Assembly (NCBI GenBank): GCA_043228905.1 | Contig: JBHGNT010000002.1 | Coordinates: 15,996,001-16,060,000, forward strand | Source: Azolla caroliniana | Lineage: Eukaryota > Plantae > Polypodiophyta | Direction of reading: 5' to 3' | Length of the DNA stretch: 64,000 nt | Program-made: the position numbers and the translations under genes | Shown here: in pieces, positions 13,506 through 26,596 of the stretch | Numbering within the stretch: position 1 is the stretch's first letter | Layout of the letters: the number at the start of each line of letters is the position of its first letter | Notes under the pieces: generated by a model | The model's database searches: none | Seen by the model: only the letters and a program-made list of their open reading frames with translations | Told to the model about the DNA's origin: nothing

Positions 13506-13699
13506 ATAGTCGATCAAGATCATATGTTCTGTCGTTAGCAATTTAGTTTTGTGTAACCGTTGTTTATGTACAATTCTGAGTAAGTAACTAGTGTGTACAA
13601 ACACCATATCTCCAACCACAATCTTTTGATAGGATGACTTATGAAGTAAGACATTCGACTCATTGTGTCTGTTGGCAGAGACAACAAAGATATCATTGA

Positions 13700-14772
13700 G
13701 AGTTGTTTTTAAGAAGGATGAATATCTTTGGACAAGATACAAAGGATATGGGCAACATTCTCGAAGCTAAAAGGGAAGTATTGGTGGCCAAGAATGTATA
13801 AGGGAATTGCTTGTTTTCTGGAGACATGTGAAAGTCATATTGATGATGCACTCACACGTGCAACATAAAGATGGACTGGAACCTACCCACCCACAAGTTG
13901 TACACTTCAAATGGATGGTGGCTTAGTGGGTATGTCAATGGGATTGGGTCAAATGAAATACTTGGAGTTCAAGAGGGAGTACATCACAAATAAGGTGGAG
14001 AGATGAGTGCTAAGTAACAAAACTACAACAATGGTGTGCAAATTTCTCTTTCGAATATATTATATGTTGGTATGGGTGTGGGAAAGATAGTACATAATAG
14101 GGGAGAACGAAATGCTAACAAAGCTAGAGATCTATTTGATCTACTGGGAGTTAAACTTTCTCTTACAACTTCGTATAACCAAGAGGCTAGTGAGAAGATA
14201 GAATGAGGCCACAATCCCATAGTCAAGGCGATTGTCAAATCTCATGTACGGGTCAAAAGTTGATGATACATATGGTGGCAAATGTTGTGGGAGAACCAAA
14301 TGACTAGAGAATATGTGTTGGCATCACAAATACGATAACTTGAGAGACAGCCAAAGGTCTTAAAGTTGGCATTGGACAGATTGAAGGAAGCTAGAATTCA
14401 AAACAAGGGGACGTTTGATCGGGTGCAACAACTATATTTGAAGAAGATTGAAGAAGGGAATGGGTGATTTCTTATTACAATAGCCTTGGTTTGTGATGCA
14501 TTGGTTTCGTCCATATGTGGTAATCCAAGTGAACAACAACACCACATATCACCTTGCTAAATTGAATGAAATGAGATTAGTTGTACTGATAGCGGGAAAG
14601 AGAGTTAAGATCTTTAAGGATCTATAAGAGAGGGAAGTGAACCTTGAGGAACTTGTGACGAATGAGGATGATAATGAACAAGGCTTAGAGAGTGAGGGAA
14701 GTGAAGGGTGACTGCCTCAACCACACCACATTTGGCACATACCAAAGGATGTGTACGTTTGGCGGGGGTGGA
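13700..14772 (+). pseudogene. Heavily decayed gypsy integrase of the C/F lineage, with PPT
   Basis: Remnants HFKWMV, GQMKYL, LGVKLSLTTSYN, WFRPYVV; ends GGCGGGGGTGGA-TGTTG like elements C and F. Confidence 0.7.
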
Positions 14773-14899
14773 TGTTGTGATGTAGTGTGCACATGGGAAG
14801 AACGGCATCAAATATCTTTGGACTAGCTAGATGAATGAAATATTCCTCGAAGGTCTAACATTGTCTTAGCTAGTGAATGTTTCGTGCCGATAATACCCT

Positions 14900-15220
14900 A
14901 TTTTGTTATAGTGGTGGTCATCATACTAGAGGGTGCTACAATTGTTTGGAAAAGCAAATGACCTTTCTAATATTGAAGATGAGTATGTGGTTGATGCTCT
15001 AGCTACCACGGATCAAAACCATAATCGAAGAACTTGACATCATAGATCTCACAAAAATGAAGATATTTTGCAATAATCAATCATGCATGAACGAAATAAG
15101 CAGCACGTTCGAGAAAGACATCACTTTATTAGAGAAATGGTGGAATCAAAAGAAATGTTGAACATTACACATCCACAATAACAATGTGGGCTGACTTAAC
15201 CAAACTTGTGTGACATTTGA
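14900..15220 (+). pseudogene. Small decayed copia RNase H remnant
   Basis: AIVWKSK, RHHFIREMVESKE-like fragments. Confidence 0.45.
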
Positions 15221-15880
15221 AACATTAGAACCCTTCTAATAAAATATTAGAACCACGTACATGTATTAACTAATGTAACAAAATATTATACACAATTCAT
15301 GAAAATACATCGTCTATCATTTAGTATCTTCTCTTTTCTCCGTCATTTAATCCTCAAGAACATAAATACTTATAAAATATTAGCAGAGATGATGAAGTAG
15401 AGGAAAATAAAGAATCAATGTATATGAATAGTAGAGCAGCACTTAGGGGTGATTCCAAGTTCCAACAATAGGGATTGGTACAAAGAAAGAAACCTCTCCG
15501 ATCACTCTTGCTCCTCATGATTGTGCGAAGTGAGTGACTGAATTCAGAATGCTTTTAAAGTTGATTTATATACATTAGGTACCTCATATATATCTAATGG
15601 CTAACCAGTCTACCATATTTTGACCCTTTAGGGGTCTTAGTGCATTGCGTTCAAAAGAGGCACAGGGGTGGATTAAGATGCTAAGCTTTTCTCATACCAA
15701 GATCAACGTACCTGCTCAATGAAATCAAATATTGAGTGCTTCGCTTGGACCATATAGCCTAAGAGCATGGTGATGAGTATTCCTCATTTGGAATTAGGGC
15801 ATATAGCTTGCAGGCCGGTACGTAACTTACATTGGTATTGGACTTTAGGGGTGATTTCAAATTTCCATCCAATCTAGTGC

Positions 15881-17428
15881 CTAGACATAAAAAGGCCTTC
15901 TATGCTGTAAGGGCCTCCCAGCTCCTTCATTGTAAGAACGAAACAAGGAGATGTTGTTAGGAAGGCGATGGTTAATAATAACACTAGTATTGGAAGTATT
16001 GCTTGAAGAAGTATTCGAGGGACGGCGATGGACGAATGCTGCTGCTGCTGCTGCCGGATTTGTTCTTCGCGAGTCTAAAGATTCAGACAACTCCTTAACA
16101 ATATTACAGTAGCCAATTATTGGCGGCGATGAATTATGTGGCTGTCTGGAATATTTGAATCTTCCGGAATTATTGTTATTATTATTGTCATTAGCAGGAG
16201 GGGCCATGACCTCCTTACTCTTACTTATTATGGAGCATTCATTTGACCTCACTGCTTTGGCCTCTGCTGATTTTGTGGGAATCATGTAGTTTGGCTTCAT
16301 CAAACTATTACGCGATGAGCCATGAGAACGATCATTCCTGGGCGTTGTGCGTCTTAAGGGGATCGATTCATCATGCCGGCCCTCTCCGCGATCATAAGTG
16401 AGGCGCTCACTGTAAACTACATTATTGGCACGTTGTTTGGTCTGATGATTATAACGCTGTTTCGATATTATGGATGATGAATTATTAGGCGCAACTGATA
16501 TGATGTGCCCCAGGTTTTTTCGTTGATGTGGATCATGGAATTCATGAGAGTTTACTAATTTGGCGGCGGCCCCATTATCATGATGATGATGATGATCAGG
16601 ATCATCAGCAGCAGCAGCAGCAGCAGCATGATGATGATGATGATGATGATGATGATTATGATGATGAGATGGTTGTTGAATCCATGCCCTGAAGCTTAAT
16701 TGTGGGGGGTGTTCGTTCATATTATTTGATTGACTAGCCAAGTCGTTTTGCTGCTGCTGCTGCTGCTGCACATTAACATTAACATGAATGGAGGCTGATC
16801 CTTTTGCTGCTGCTGCTGCCTGCACCATCATCATCTTCAGAGTCGGAAGTGGCGTCTTCTTCTTCTTCTTCTTCTTCGTCATCATCTCGTCGCTTGATTC
16901 ACATGGCAAACCACGGTCAACACTATCGCTACTGTCATCATTGTTGCAATCGCTGCTACTTATGGCTTCTACATTAAATTGCCCCCTTTCCTTACCACCC
17001 TCATCATCATCATCATGTTCGTGAGCATCTTCATGCCGCTCCTGCTCCTGCCCCTCGTCTTGGTCTTGGTCTTGGTCTTGGTCATGCTTTTGCCCTTGAC
17101 CTTGACATTGCTCTTGACCTTCACCTTGTCCTTGACCATGCTCTTGCTCTTGACCTTGCTCTTGACCATGCTCTTGACCTTGTCCTTGACCTTGTCCTTG
17201 ACCATGCTCTTGACCTTGACCATGCTCTTGCTCTTGACCTTGATCACGCTCTTCCTCTTGACCTCGGTCATGCTCTTGCGTTTGCTTTAGACGCTCTTGC
17301 GCTTCTTCACCCTTTTCTTGCTGCTTCTGTTCTTGCGATGATTTCATCATCCGGCGTCTCACGACGTGACCTCGAAGAAGAGCTTGTACCTTCACGATGG
17401 CTTTTAAGGCCTTAAGTGCACGCCGTGC
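15881..17428 (-). CDS. IQD: IQD (IQ67-domain calmodulin-binding) protein, exon 3
   Basis: Acceptor TTTTAG|GCA; ARRALKALKAIVKVQALLRGHVVRR; DUF4005-like PNYMIPTKSAEAKAVRS; open to the stop at 15881. Confidence 0.88.
   Translation of the reverse strand, partial: ARRALKALKAIVKVQALLRGHVVRRRMMKSSQEQKQQEKGEEAQERLKQTQEHDRGQEEERDQGQEQEHGQGQEHGQGQGQGQGQEHGQEQGQEQEHGQGQGEGQEQCQGQGQKHDQDQDQDQDEGQEQERHEDAHEHDDDDEGGKERGQFNVEAISSSDCNNDDSSDSVDRGLPCESSDEMMTKKKKKKKTPLPTLKMMMVQAAAAAKGSASIHVNVNVQQQQQQQNDLASQSNNMNEHPPQLSFRAWIQQPSHHHNHHHHHHHHHAAAAAAADDPDHHHHHDNGAAAKLVNSHEFHDPHQRKNLGHIISVAPNNSSSIISKQRYNHQTKQRANNVVYSERLTYDRGEGRHDESIPLRRTTPRNDRSHGSSRNSLMKPNYMIPTKSAEAKAVRSNECSIISKSKEVMAPPANDNNNNNNSGRFKYSRQPHNSSPPIIGYCNIVKELSESLDSRRTNPAAAAAAFVHRRPSNTSSSNTSNTSVIINHRLPNNISLFRSYNEGAGRPLQHRRPFYV
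17040..17290 (-). repeat. Coding minisatellite (GQ/EQ/EH/DQ hexamer repeats) in IQD
   Basis: Tandem variants of CTTGAC/CTTGCT/CTTGGT. Confidence 0.85.
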
Positions 17429-17543
17429 CTAAAATCAGACGCATATATATAATTATTTTAATACATGGACACATTCGAGATTGGGGAGCACCCCTCATGA
17501 ATGATTTACGCAGTTTAAAAGAAAAAGAAGAAGAAGCCTTTAC

Positions 17544-17918
17544 CAGATATCCTCTGAAGAGAGTTTGGATTTTGATCGCTGCTGCTTCTTGGTGTTGGGA
17601 AGTCAAGGCACTTCCTGCTGTAAGTCTCTCATGCTCCTCCGGAGGCGATGATGCCCCGTCCATGGCACCAAATCTGGGATCCTCTGAAATCACATCCAGA
17701 CTGTCCGAAACAACAATCAGAGTGCTGTCCGAAGAAATCATGATTTCCGGTTTGCTGGAAATGATGAGAGATTTATCGGATGTAATCTCCTCCGGATCAT
17801 TCCCTATATCTTGGACAACAATCGCGTCACTGCTCCTGATATGGGACTTCGATCTCCTCCTCCTTAACTTCCTACCATTACTTTTACTACCTTTAGTGAC
17901 TGCTTCCTCCTCCACCTC
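17544..17918 (-). CDS. IQD: IQD protein, exon 2
   Basis: TGCAG| acceptor; ends AAIKIQTLFRGYL|GT, the phase-0 intron diagnostic of IQ67 genes; 375 nt. Confidence 0.88.
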
Positions 17919-18086
17919 CTGCATCAACAGAAGAACAAATTATACCTTCACTAGCTGACTGAATCCATGTCGCACAAAGTCATGGGCACAAAGTTCAGAC
18001 TATGTATGATTCAGAGTAAGCACGCTGGAGTGAGTCAGTCAGTTAATTACTACATCAAATCAGACAGACTAAAATCTGACGGGTAC

Positions 18087-18185
18087 CTGGGGATTGGAGA
18101 CATTGGCGTTTCTTCGATGCGCTCTGTTGGATTTGATGTGTGCGAGAATTCTCTTCACTATTTTGAACAGATGGCCGGAAGCCAT
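18087..18185 (-). CDS. IQD: IQD protein, exon 1 (spliced product about 673 aa)
   Basis: MASGHLFKIVKRILA.. resembles IQD N-termini; 99 nt, CAG|GTACC donor in phase 0. Confidence 0.7.
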
Positions 18186-18799
18186 GCGATCTGGCCAAGG
18201 ATCAAATGTGAGCCATTCAATGCAACTCAATGGAGGAATATGAGAATTGGGATGTCAACTGCGATTTTGAAGTAATATAGTGAGCAGGATGGGAGGGCAT
18301 TCACCGGATACATTAAAGGAAGAAGAAGGAAAGAGGAGCATGGTGCGCCTTTCATGCGTGGCCATAGCATGGCACGTCCATCCATCATGCTTATGACGTG
18401 AAGACCACACCCATTTCAAAAGTCTTGCCTTCAAAATTTCTTCTCTCTCTCTCTCTCTCATTCAATGCATGTGTTCCTTCCACTAACAATAGTGAAAATC
18501 AATTCCCCTCTTCCTTCATATTGGCAATTGAATGCTAATAGCCTAATTGTAACCTAACATGTCTTGTAAAGTTTCACTCTCACTTGCTATACAATTAAGA
18601 CACCACCCCATCCAAGAATGTAATGTTCTCCTCAGGGTAGGTTAGAAATTAAGAGGGGGATCATTCTCACACATAAGCATTAGAAATTTGAACACGCCCC
18701 TATGCCTAATCGAGGCACACGAAGTGGGCAAAATTCAAAGCCGCCCACTCGTAAGCTGATCATACTCCAATTTCTTCACAATCAAAATGAGCAATAACC

Positions 18800-21700
18800 T
18801 TGGAGATCCAATTTCATGGAAGTGGGGATTCTTTACCCATGATCACAAGAAATTTATAGGGAGAAGGCAATGATGATGTCTTCTGAAGGTGTTTCATAGA
18901 TCATGACATGTATCTAGCTGGGTCTGGGACACAAGCACATTTCTTGTTTGATTCCGGTAGTTCTCACAATTTTCTTAATGATCACTTTGTGCAGCAAATG
19001 GAACTCCACATAAACGCAAGTGATCATATCTATCAAGTTCACATGGCAAATGGAAGCCTTCAATACATCAATGGCATTGTTTGCCAACTGCCAATTCAAA
19101 TAGATACCTATTTGGAGAAGCTTGACTTTCATGTTATGAAACTACAATCCACATATGACATTTTAGGATACCCTTGGTTTTTTAATAAAAACCCTTCTTT
19201 GTCCATTGATTGGGTTGGGTTAGTCACTCAATCACATTTGAACTTAATACTTGTAAACATTTTATTCAATGTTCCAAACTTCCTTCTCGTTCACTTATGT
19301 CTTCTAAATCTTTAAGTGAGTATTCTAGTTCATTAATTTATTCGTGTGTAATTGATCCTGCGCTTCAATTTTATTATTTTAATATTGACGCCACACCATT
19401 ACCACATTATGAGCAACAATTACTCGACTCTATTTTAGATGATTTTCAAGACGTGTTTCCTAACGAATTACCACTTACTTTACCACCAAAACATAATGTG
19501 GACCATCAAATTGAAGTCATCCCCGGTGCTGCTCCTGTGAGCATTCCACCGTACCGACTTAGTCGATTAGAAGAGGATGAGATCGCTAAACAACTTAAGG
19601 AATACTTGAGTATGGGCCACATTAGGTATAGTAAATCACCTTGGGGTGCGCCAATTCTACTAGTAAAGAAGAAGGCAGGTTCATGGCGGATGTGTATCAA
19701 TTATCGCCATATGAATAAAATGACAATTAAAAATACATATCCGTTACCTCGTGCCGATGATTTGATTGATCGTTTGCATGGGGCTCGATATTTGACGAAA
19801 ATTGACTTACGAACAAGTTATCATCAGATTTGCATTGCCGAGGATGATATTCCTAAAACCGCTTTTCGTACGCGCTATGGCCATTATGAGTTTTTAGTCA
19901 TGGCTTTCGGGTTCACTAATGCTCCAGCCACATTCCAACAAGCGATGAATGATGTTTTCCGAGATCAACTCGGTGATTTTGTTGTCGTCTTCTTGGATGA
20001 TATTTTGATATATTGTCGTGCCTTGCAAGATCATGTTCAACATGCTTGATTTGTTTTGCAAAAGTTGCGTGACAACTCTTTCTATGCAAAACATTCAAAA
20101 TGTGATTTTTTCCAAAAATCTATTGTGTACCTAGGTCATTTAATTACTGAAAATGGCGTTGAAATTGAACTTTCTCGTATTCAAAAGGTTAAACTTTGGC
20201 CCATTCCTCGTAATATTCATGAATTGCGATCATTCTTAGGGTTTGTTGGATTTTTATGAAAATCAATTCGTTACTATTCCAAATTGACTACGCCATTAAC
20301 TGACCTTTTAAAAGGTCATCCACGTAAGTCCATCAAACCAATTGCATGGAATGAACAACTTGAAAAATCATTTGAGACACTCAAAGAGCATGTGTGTCAG
20401 GCTCCCACTCTTCTATTACCGGACCCTTCTAAGCCTTTCTCAATCGAAACCGATGCTAGTGATTATGCTATTGGTGCCATTCTTTATCAAGGTGGTCACC
20501 CTATTGCTTTTGAAAGTAAGAAGCTTGATTCTGCTCAATCTCGGCATTTGGTTCAAGGCGACCTTTCACATTACAAACGGTTTGCTCTACCGTAGTGGAA
20601 AGGTCTGTGTTCCAGATTTACCAAACGTAAAACAAAAAATTCTTCATGAATATCATGATGCACCATCTGTTGGTCATCCTAGAATACAACGCACACTCGT
20701 TCTCATCTCGAGTACTTTTTTCTAGCCTAAGATGCGCTCTGACGTGCATAATACGTAATTCAATGCTTACAATATCATATTAATAAGTCGGAACGACTTA
20801 AAGCTGCAGGTCTTTTACATCCATTAGATAATCCCAACAATAAATGGGAAAGTATCTCGATGGATTTTATTATTAGGTTACCTTGTACACAAAGGTGTCA
20901 TGATGCCATTTGGGTTGTCATTGACAAACTACCAAAATTGGCTAGATTTATTCCTACCAAAACCACGGTAACCGCTCAACAATTGGCTTATCAATTTGTT
21001 GATGAGTTATTTTGCTTTTATGAATTACTGATGGATATTGTTAGTGATCGAGATTCCAAGTTTACTAGTGACTTTTGGACTCATGTCTTTAAGAAACTAG
21101 AAACTATGTTGAGCATGAGTTCCGTAGATCCTGCTTAGTCTGATGGTCAAACTGAACGAGTTAATCAAATTATTGAGGACATGATTTGAGCTTATGTAGC
21201 AAAAACCCCTTCTAAGTGGGAGCAATACCTTCCTATCTTAGAATTTTCCTATAATAGCTCTAAAAATACATCCACTCGATATAGTCCTTTTATGTTGATG
21301 TATGGTTTTTAGCCACGTGCCCTAGTCGATGTCACGATTCATCGTGATACATTAGACAATACACGCAAATTTTTGCAAGACATGAACCAAATGTTGCATA
21401 TTGCCAAAGAAAATGTCAAGACAACTCAAGATCGTGCCCGAATTTATGCTGATTAGGAGAGACGTTCTTGTGCATTTACAATTGGTCAAAAAGTTTTTTT
21501 GCGTGTCCCTATTGACTCTACGTCATTGTCTATGGGCAAGTGTGTTAAGTTAGCCCCACAATATTGTGGCCCATTTGAAATCCTTAAGCGAGTTGGGTCA
21601 TCTACTTATCACCTTGCCTTACCCCGTAACATTCATCTTGTTTTTCACATTAGTCGTCGAAAACCATTTTTAGGCTCTGGTGATAACACCATCACAATCC

Positions 21701-22408
21701 AAGATCTTGTAACATTAGAGGATTTTTCTTACAAACCTCATGTTCCTAAGCGAATTCTTGATTCTCGTACTAAACGTTTACGTTCTAAAGAGATTCGGTT
21801 ATTTAAGATCAAATGGATGGATAAACCTATTGATGATGCCACATGGGAACGCAAGCATACTCTGAAGGCACAATTTCGTCACTTCATATTGCAAGAGTGC
21901 AATCTTTTAAAGTAGGGGAGTATGTTATGGACACATAACGTTGGTGAGGGTAGGTCACTAATATTTACATTAGTGAAGGGTATGTTCACTAATATTAAAA
22001 AAGGGGTTAATGTGATTGGATAGAAGGAATGATAGGTGCATGCACTATCATGATTTGGGCAACCAATGAATGGAGACCCTTTTAGAAAGGCACATCTATT
22101 CAAGGGACCTAGGAAAAGGTATAAATATGAGGCTTAGCTACCCTCATAAGCACATTACGTCGAAAGGCTGCTAGCTTAGACACCGGTGGTGCGGGCTAGG
22201 CTTTCGTTTCGACGATCGTGTTTATCTCTTCCAAGGTATTAATCATCCTAATATCCGGCGGTATGGGACGTCGGTGGTAGGTTGGCTATGTCTAGATCAT
22301 AGCTCGGGGGTGGTCGGGTGGAACGGGTTCTTCTATCCAATCTATTTTCCTTCTTTTACTTTACTTTGGGCTCCTTCGCAAAGGGCTTGGTCGTCCCACT
22401 GAACATCA
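18800..22408 (+). mobile_element. 5'-truncated plant chromovirus (Ty3/gypsy): PR-RT-RH-IN-chromodomain and 3' LTR (21923-22408)
   Basis: LFDSGSSHNF, VFLDD, ETDASDYAIG, IVSDRD, RILDSR..KW..DATWE; PPT AGTAGGGGAG; left boundary approximate. Confidence 0.85.
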
Positions 22409-23430
22409 CATGCCAATTGTCTAAATTCAGATGCATAAACAAGCACTGGACACTTACCTTGATGTAATGAATAGAGTCAAAGTAAGGCTTGTTCGATGTC
22501 GATCCGTATCCCCAAATGTTGCCTCGAACTCTTCTAGGAAAGCAAAAAAATTGTCGAGAAGTGGCGATGATGTTTCGACCAAAGGTGCGAACCAGCTTTG
22601 TGCAGCTCCTGAGAGGAGAGTCCCAACGAGGCCAACTTGGCAAAAATCATTCGCATATCTTTGGGGTTGTAGCCGGATGATAAGCTTGATCTGATTTATG
22701 AACCCCCGGAATCGCGCCCTTGTGCCATCAAACTTGTCGGGTAAACTAACATTGGGTTCTATAGTTGAAGTGGGGTGAAGAGGAATTGGAGCAAGGATTG
22801 ACGAGGGGCCAAACTCTACAGATTGGAGATTCCTTGATGTAGGAGGGCACTTGGGTTCTTCATTCTCCAATTCCATTGGAGTCCTATCTTGGAGTTTCTA
22901 GAGAGATTCCCAAATATTCTCATTTTCAAGTTGAAGTTGATGCATGGCTGCCAATAGTTGATTTATGTTCTCGGTAGAGTCTGACATGATGAGTCTTTGG
23001 AGATGGAAGGTGAACAAACTGTCACGGACAAGTAGATGAGGCTCAATACTAAGAGAGAGAGAGAGAGATCATAGACAAGATAATAAGAAAGAGAGAGAGA
23101 AAGTAGTCAAGAGAACAAGAACTGAATTATGATTCCGTAACTGGTGTTGTTCACCTTGACTAAGGCCAAGGTGAACCCCTGTATTTATACATGTTTATGG
23201 GCTCTAAATGTAGCCCATGCAAAGACTCATTTTCATGCACAAGCTTCTAGAATGTTCTAGCTTCTAGAGCTTTCTTGAAGCTTCTAAAATCCTACATGTA
23301 CAATAGATAATTTAGAATAATCTAGCAAGGTAACATGATTATGTATTGGATGTATTGGTTAAAACATATCGATTAAATACAATAGGTTAAGAGTTCGAAT
23401 CATGACATTATTGTTGTCATGTCCATGACA
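22409..23430 (-). mobile_element. Truncated Tcn1-like gypsy (D2): 5' LTR 23020-23430 plus gag remnant
   Basis: gag PDKFDGTRARFRGFINQ nearly matches D gag (55338-55661); LTR TGTCA..CATGACA with a GA tract. Confidence 0.8.
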
Positions 23431-24099
23431 CAACTATGCTTATTGAGCACTTTTATACGAGCCTCAAAAATAGGCTGACTCATGTATTGATAAGTACTTG
23501 AATGCTCATAAATAAGAATCTGACACCGACATCCTAAATATTGCTATTACTAAGAATAGGAATAGGAATAAAGGCCCTAACAACATGCTAGTTCTCTCTC
23601 GGCCGATCCTGTTGTCGGCTTCTTCAACCAACTCTCCTCGGTTAACTCGGTTGTCGGCTTCTTCATGTTAAGTCTTAGGGCCGGACAATGGCCTAACACA
23701 AGGTGTCTATGGAAGACACTTCACCAAAGGGGTGTTACGGCAACAGGATTAGACTCAACGATTAATCCGACTTAATTAGGTTACTTAGCATGATCGTCTT
23801 TAATAATCACACGCGTAAGATATAACAATGAAGGTAGAATGGCAATTAACACAGAGAGATAACAACACTAAGCTTTATTAATTAACCGCTCCTCATTACA
23901 TTGTATCCGGGCCTTTAAATAGGTTTCCAGTCTGTATTACAAAACGGTGCCATCGGCACCTGTTCGGGATCGGTCCGGATCCGGAACGGCATACCAATTC
24001 CGGTCCGTCCGTCCACACTCATAGCTTAATTACAACCACATTCCTACTACTTAAATAACTCCCCGTTTCACACTCTGGACTCCTTTGCCGGCCGGTAAC

Positions 24100-26203
24100 A
24101 CATGGCACTCCCGTGGGACAGTACCTTGTACGTCGAATCCACAACCGACCCTTGCTATTCTTCTCCAAAATATCCAGAATGCTTTGTTTGAGAGTCTCCA
24201 ATGGTTCATCTGGAATTGGTTGTTGTTGTTGTTGTTGTTGTTGTTGCTGCTCTGTTGATGTCTGCTGCGACGGGTCCGTTGGTGGCTGCTGCGGCTGCTC
24301 CTCCGTTTGTTGCTCTGACACCGGCGTCTCCGTCGCTGCTCCCTCCGTCGTAGTGGTCTCCGGTTGACTGGTTCCGGGCTGGCCCTCGGCCGGCGATGGT
24401 TCCTCATCACTAAGGTTAACCGTTGCCGCTTCCCGTGTTTTTTCTTCCCGAACCCGGGACCGCTCGTAGCTTTCAAACTGGATTTGAGCGTCCAGCCTAT
24501 CATCGTCTAGCTAAGCTACGAGTTGTCGGATCTACGCCAGCTGTTCATCTGCCAGGACTTGGAAGTCGTCGGCCAGCTCGTCTCGTATGGCGGTGAAGTC
24601 CTCGGAAGTCAACGTATAACAATCATTTCCTTCCTTCTGCCGGTTTGCCACGTCTGCCCGTAGCAATTGGAGTTCCGCCGCGTTTTGTGCCCACTTTGTC
24701 CACCATCTTACGGAGCTTTCATCAATCAAGTGTTTTGTCTGATTCAGCCATGCCCGGAGGATGGACTGAATCCGGCCCGTTCCCAATTGCGATTTGCTTT
24801 CCGCCACTTGCCGTTCCTCCTTTAGTTGCTTGATGATTTTGACGTAGTCCTCCGCCTGCTCCTTGTAATGCGTCAATTGCCTTTGATATGTGCTTTGTAA
24901 TTTCTGCAATACCGTTGACGCTCTCTCCTTTTCTTCCTGCTGCTGCCTCTGGAGCTCCATCCGGACCTTCTCCGCCTCGTCCAAGCGTCTTGTATTTTCC
25001 GCACGTTCGTCGGCGATCGCCGTCGCGGCCCGATCAACTTCCTACTGGAGCTCGGCCAACCGTTCCTTATGCTCTGTTTCCAGCCGTTTGTAGTCCCGGT
25101 GCAGGTGCTCAAAATCATCTGCCTTTTGCTTGAGTCGTGCGTTGATCTGTCGACGGGCTCGGTCCTCGCGGTCCTTCTGCTGGCGGAGCTCTTCCTTTAG
25201 CCGTTCAATTTCCGTTTCCGCCGTCTTCCGCAGCTTGTCCTTTTCATGCAGCACTTTATCTTTTTCCTCCCTTAGCCGGTCGTACGCTTGATGGCCTTTC
25301 CGGAGGCTCTCCTCTGCCCGTCGGAGGTTCTCAGCAGTCTTCTTTAATTCGGCTTCGGCCACTGTCTTCAATTCCCGTTCACGGCTCCTTAGCGCTTCTT
25401 GTGCGGCAAGTTCATCTCTCAATTCCGCAAGCTCCTGGGCTTGCGCCGCATCTCTCGCCGGAACGGTTTCCGGATGCCGGGGTCTTATTGGTATGTATAG
25501 GTCGATCCGTTTCTTTATTCTGTACACTTACCGGAGTCACCAGTGATTGGATCTATGTTGCCTTTAAGGCCAATTTGGCCATCTCTGTCTTGACCTGATC
25601 CAAGTCTTTTTCAAGGCACCGGATTCTGGACCGGGCCGTCTCTAGTTGTTCGGTTGTGACGAGCAACCGTTCGCTTTGCGCTCTTTCTTCCGCCTCAATA
25701 TACCCCACTGCTCCAGCTATCTGTTCGCCTATCCACCAGAGCCACAGGCTACCGGTGCATTGTTGTGCTTGCACGGAGGTTTGACAGATGGGCTCACTTG
25801 TAGATGGGTGGTCCCGCCTGGTTGCGTCGAGTTGCAATTCCGTTTCTGCCCGTGGACCACCCTGCTATCCTGGTTCCCCTTGCGCTTCTTCTTGGTTGGC
25901 CGAGGGAGGCTGTATTGACCTTTCCGGCTCTGGCGGGATGGGACTTGTCGGTGTTGCCGGTGGTGCCGGGGCCTCTGATTCCGGTGCCATGCGCACTGGT
26001 TCCGGTTCCTCCCTTGGCGTGGGAGTCTCAGTATGGGGAGCCGGTGTTCCCTCCGTCTGAGGGTCCGAACGTTTCTCGGTTGCCTCAACGGTCCTTGCCG
26101 ACGACTGTCGCTGGAGGTGCTCCGTAGGCTCCTCCTCTATTTCCTCTTCCTGAGTCCCGACATTGAGTTTTGCCGCCAAGGGGTCCGCTTCTCTATTCAC
26201 CGG
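24100..26203 (-). pseudogene. Element B accessory ORF, C-terminal part (Pro/Glu-rich linker, long coiled coil, poly-Q)
   Basis: Collinear broken ORFs 25865-26200, 25553-25837, 25042-25527, 24532-24984, 24019-24321. Confidence 0.7.
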
Positions 26204-26596
26204 TGTCGTGAAGATCCGTCACTACGCGCGGATCATGAGGCGGAACCGCCGGGGTTCTGGACCAGAAGGATTTAGAGTCGATACAAGCTTTGGCGAGAAA
26301 GTACTTAAGATAGATTGGGAAAGAGAGAAGATGAGATTACACGATTGATTTGATAACGAATTTCTTCTTCTTAATTTTCATTAAAAAAACCGTGTTTTTT
26401 CTCCTCACCCTTCCCTCTTTTATAGATGCTCTCATGTATATGATGCATGTGAGGGTACAAGACATGCATAAATTGCATGTTTGCCATTTGGCGCTTAAGT
26501 ATTACATGTGGTGCATGCTAACCATGTCACTCATTTTAGCTCTCATGTATGAGATTTACATGTAAAAGTATAATGATAGAAATATAATTTCAACTA

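Noticed and set aside
17040-17290. CRISPR-like periodicity
   Set aside because: Coding hexamer minisatellite without unique spacers; eukaryotic context
16788-17958. Antisense or alternative-frame ORFs over IQD
   Set aside because: Shadows of low-complexity coding repeats
18540-18800. 5' LTR for the plus-strand chromovirus
   Set aside because: No similarity to 21923-22408 and no PBS; element treated as 5'-truncated
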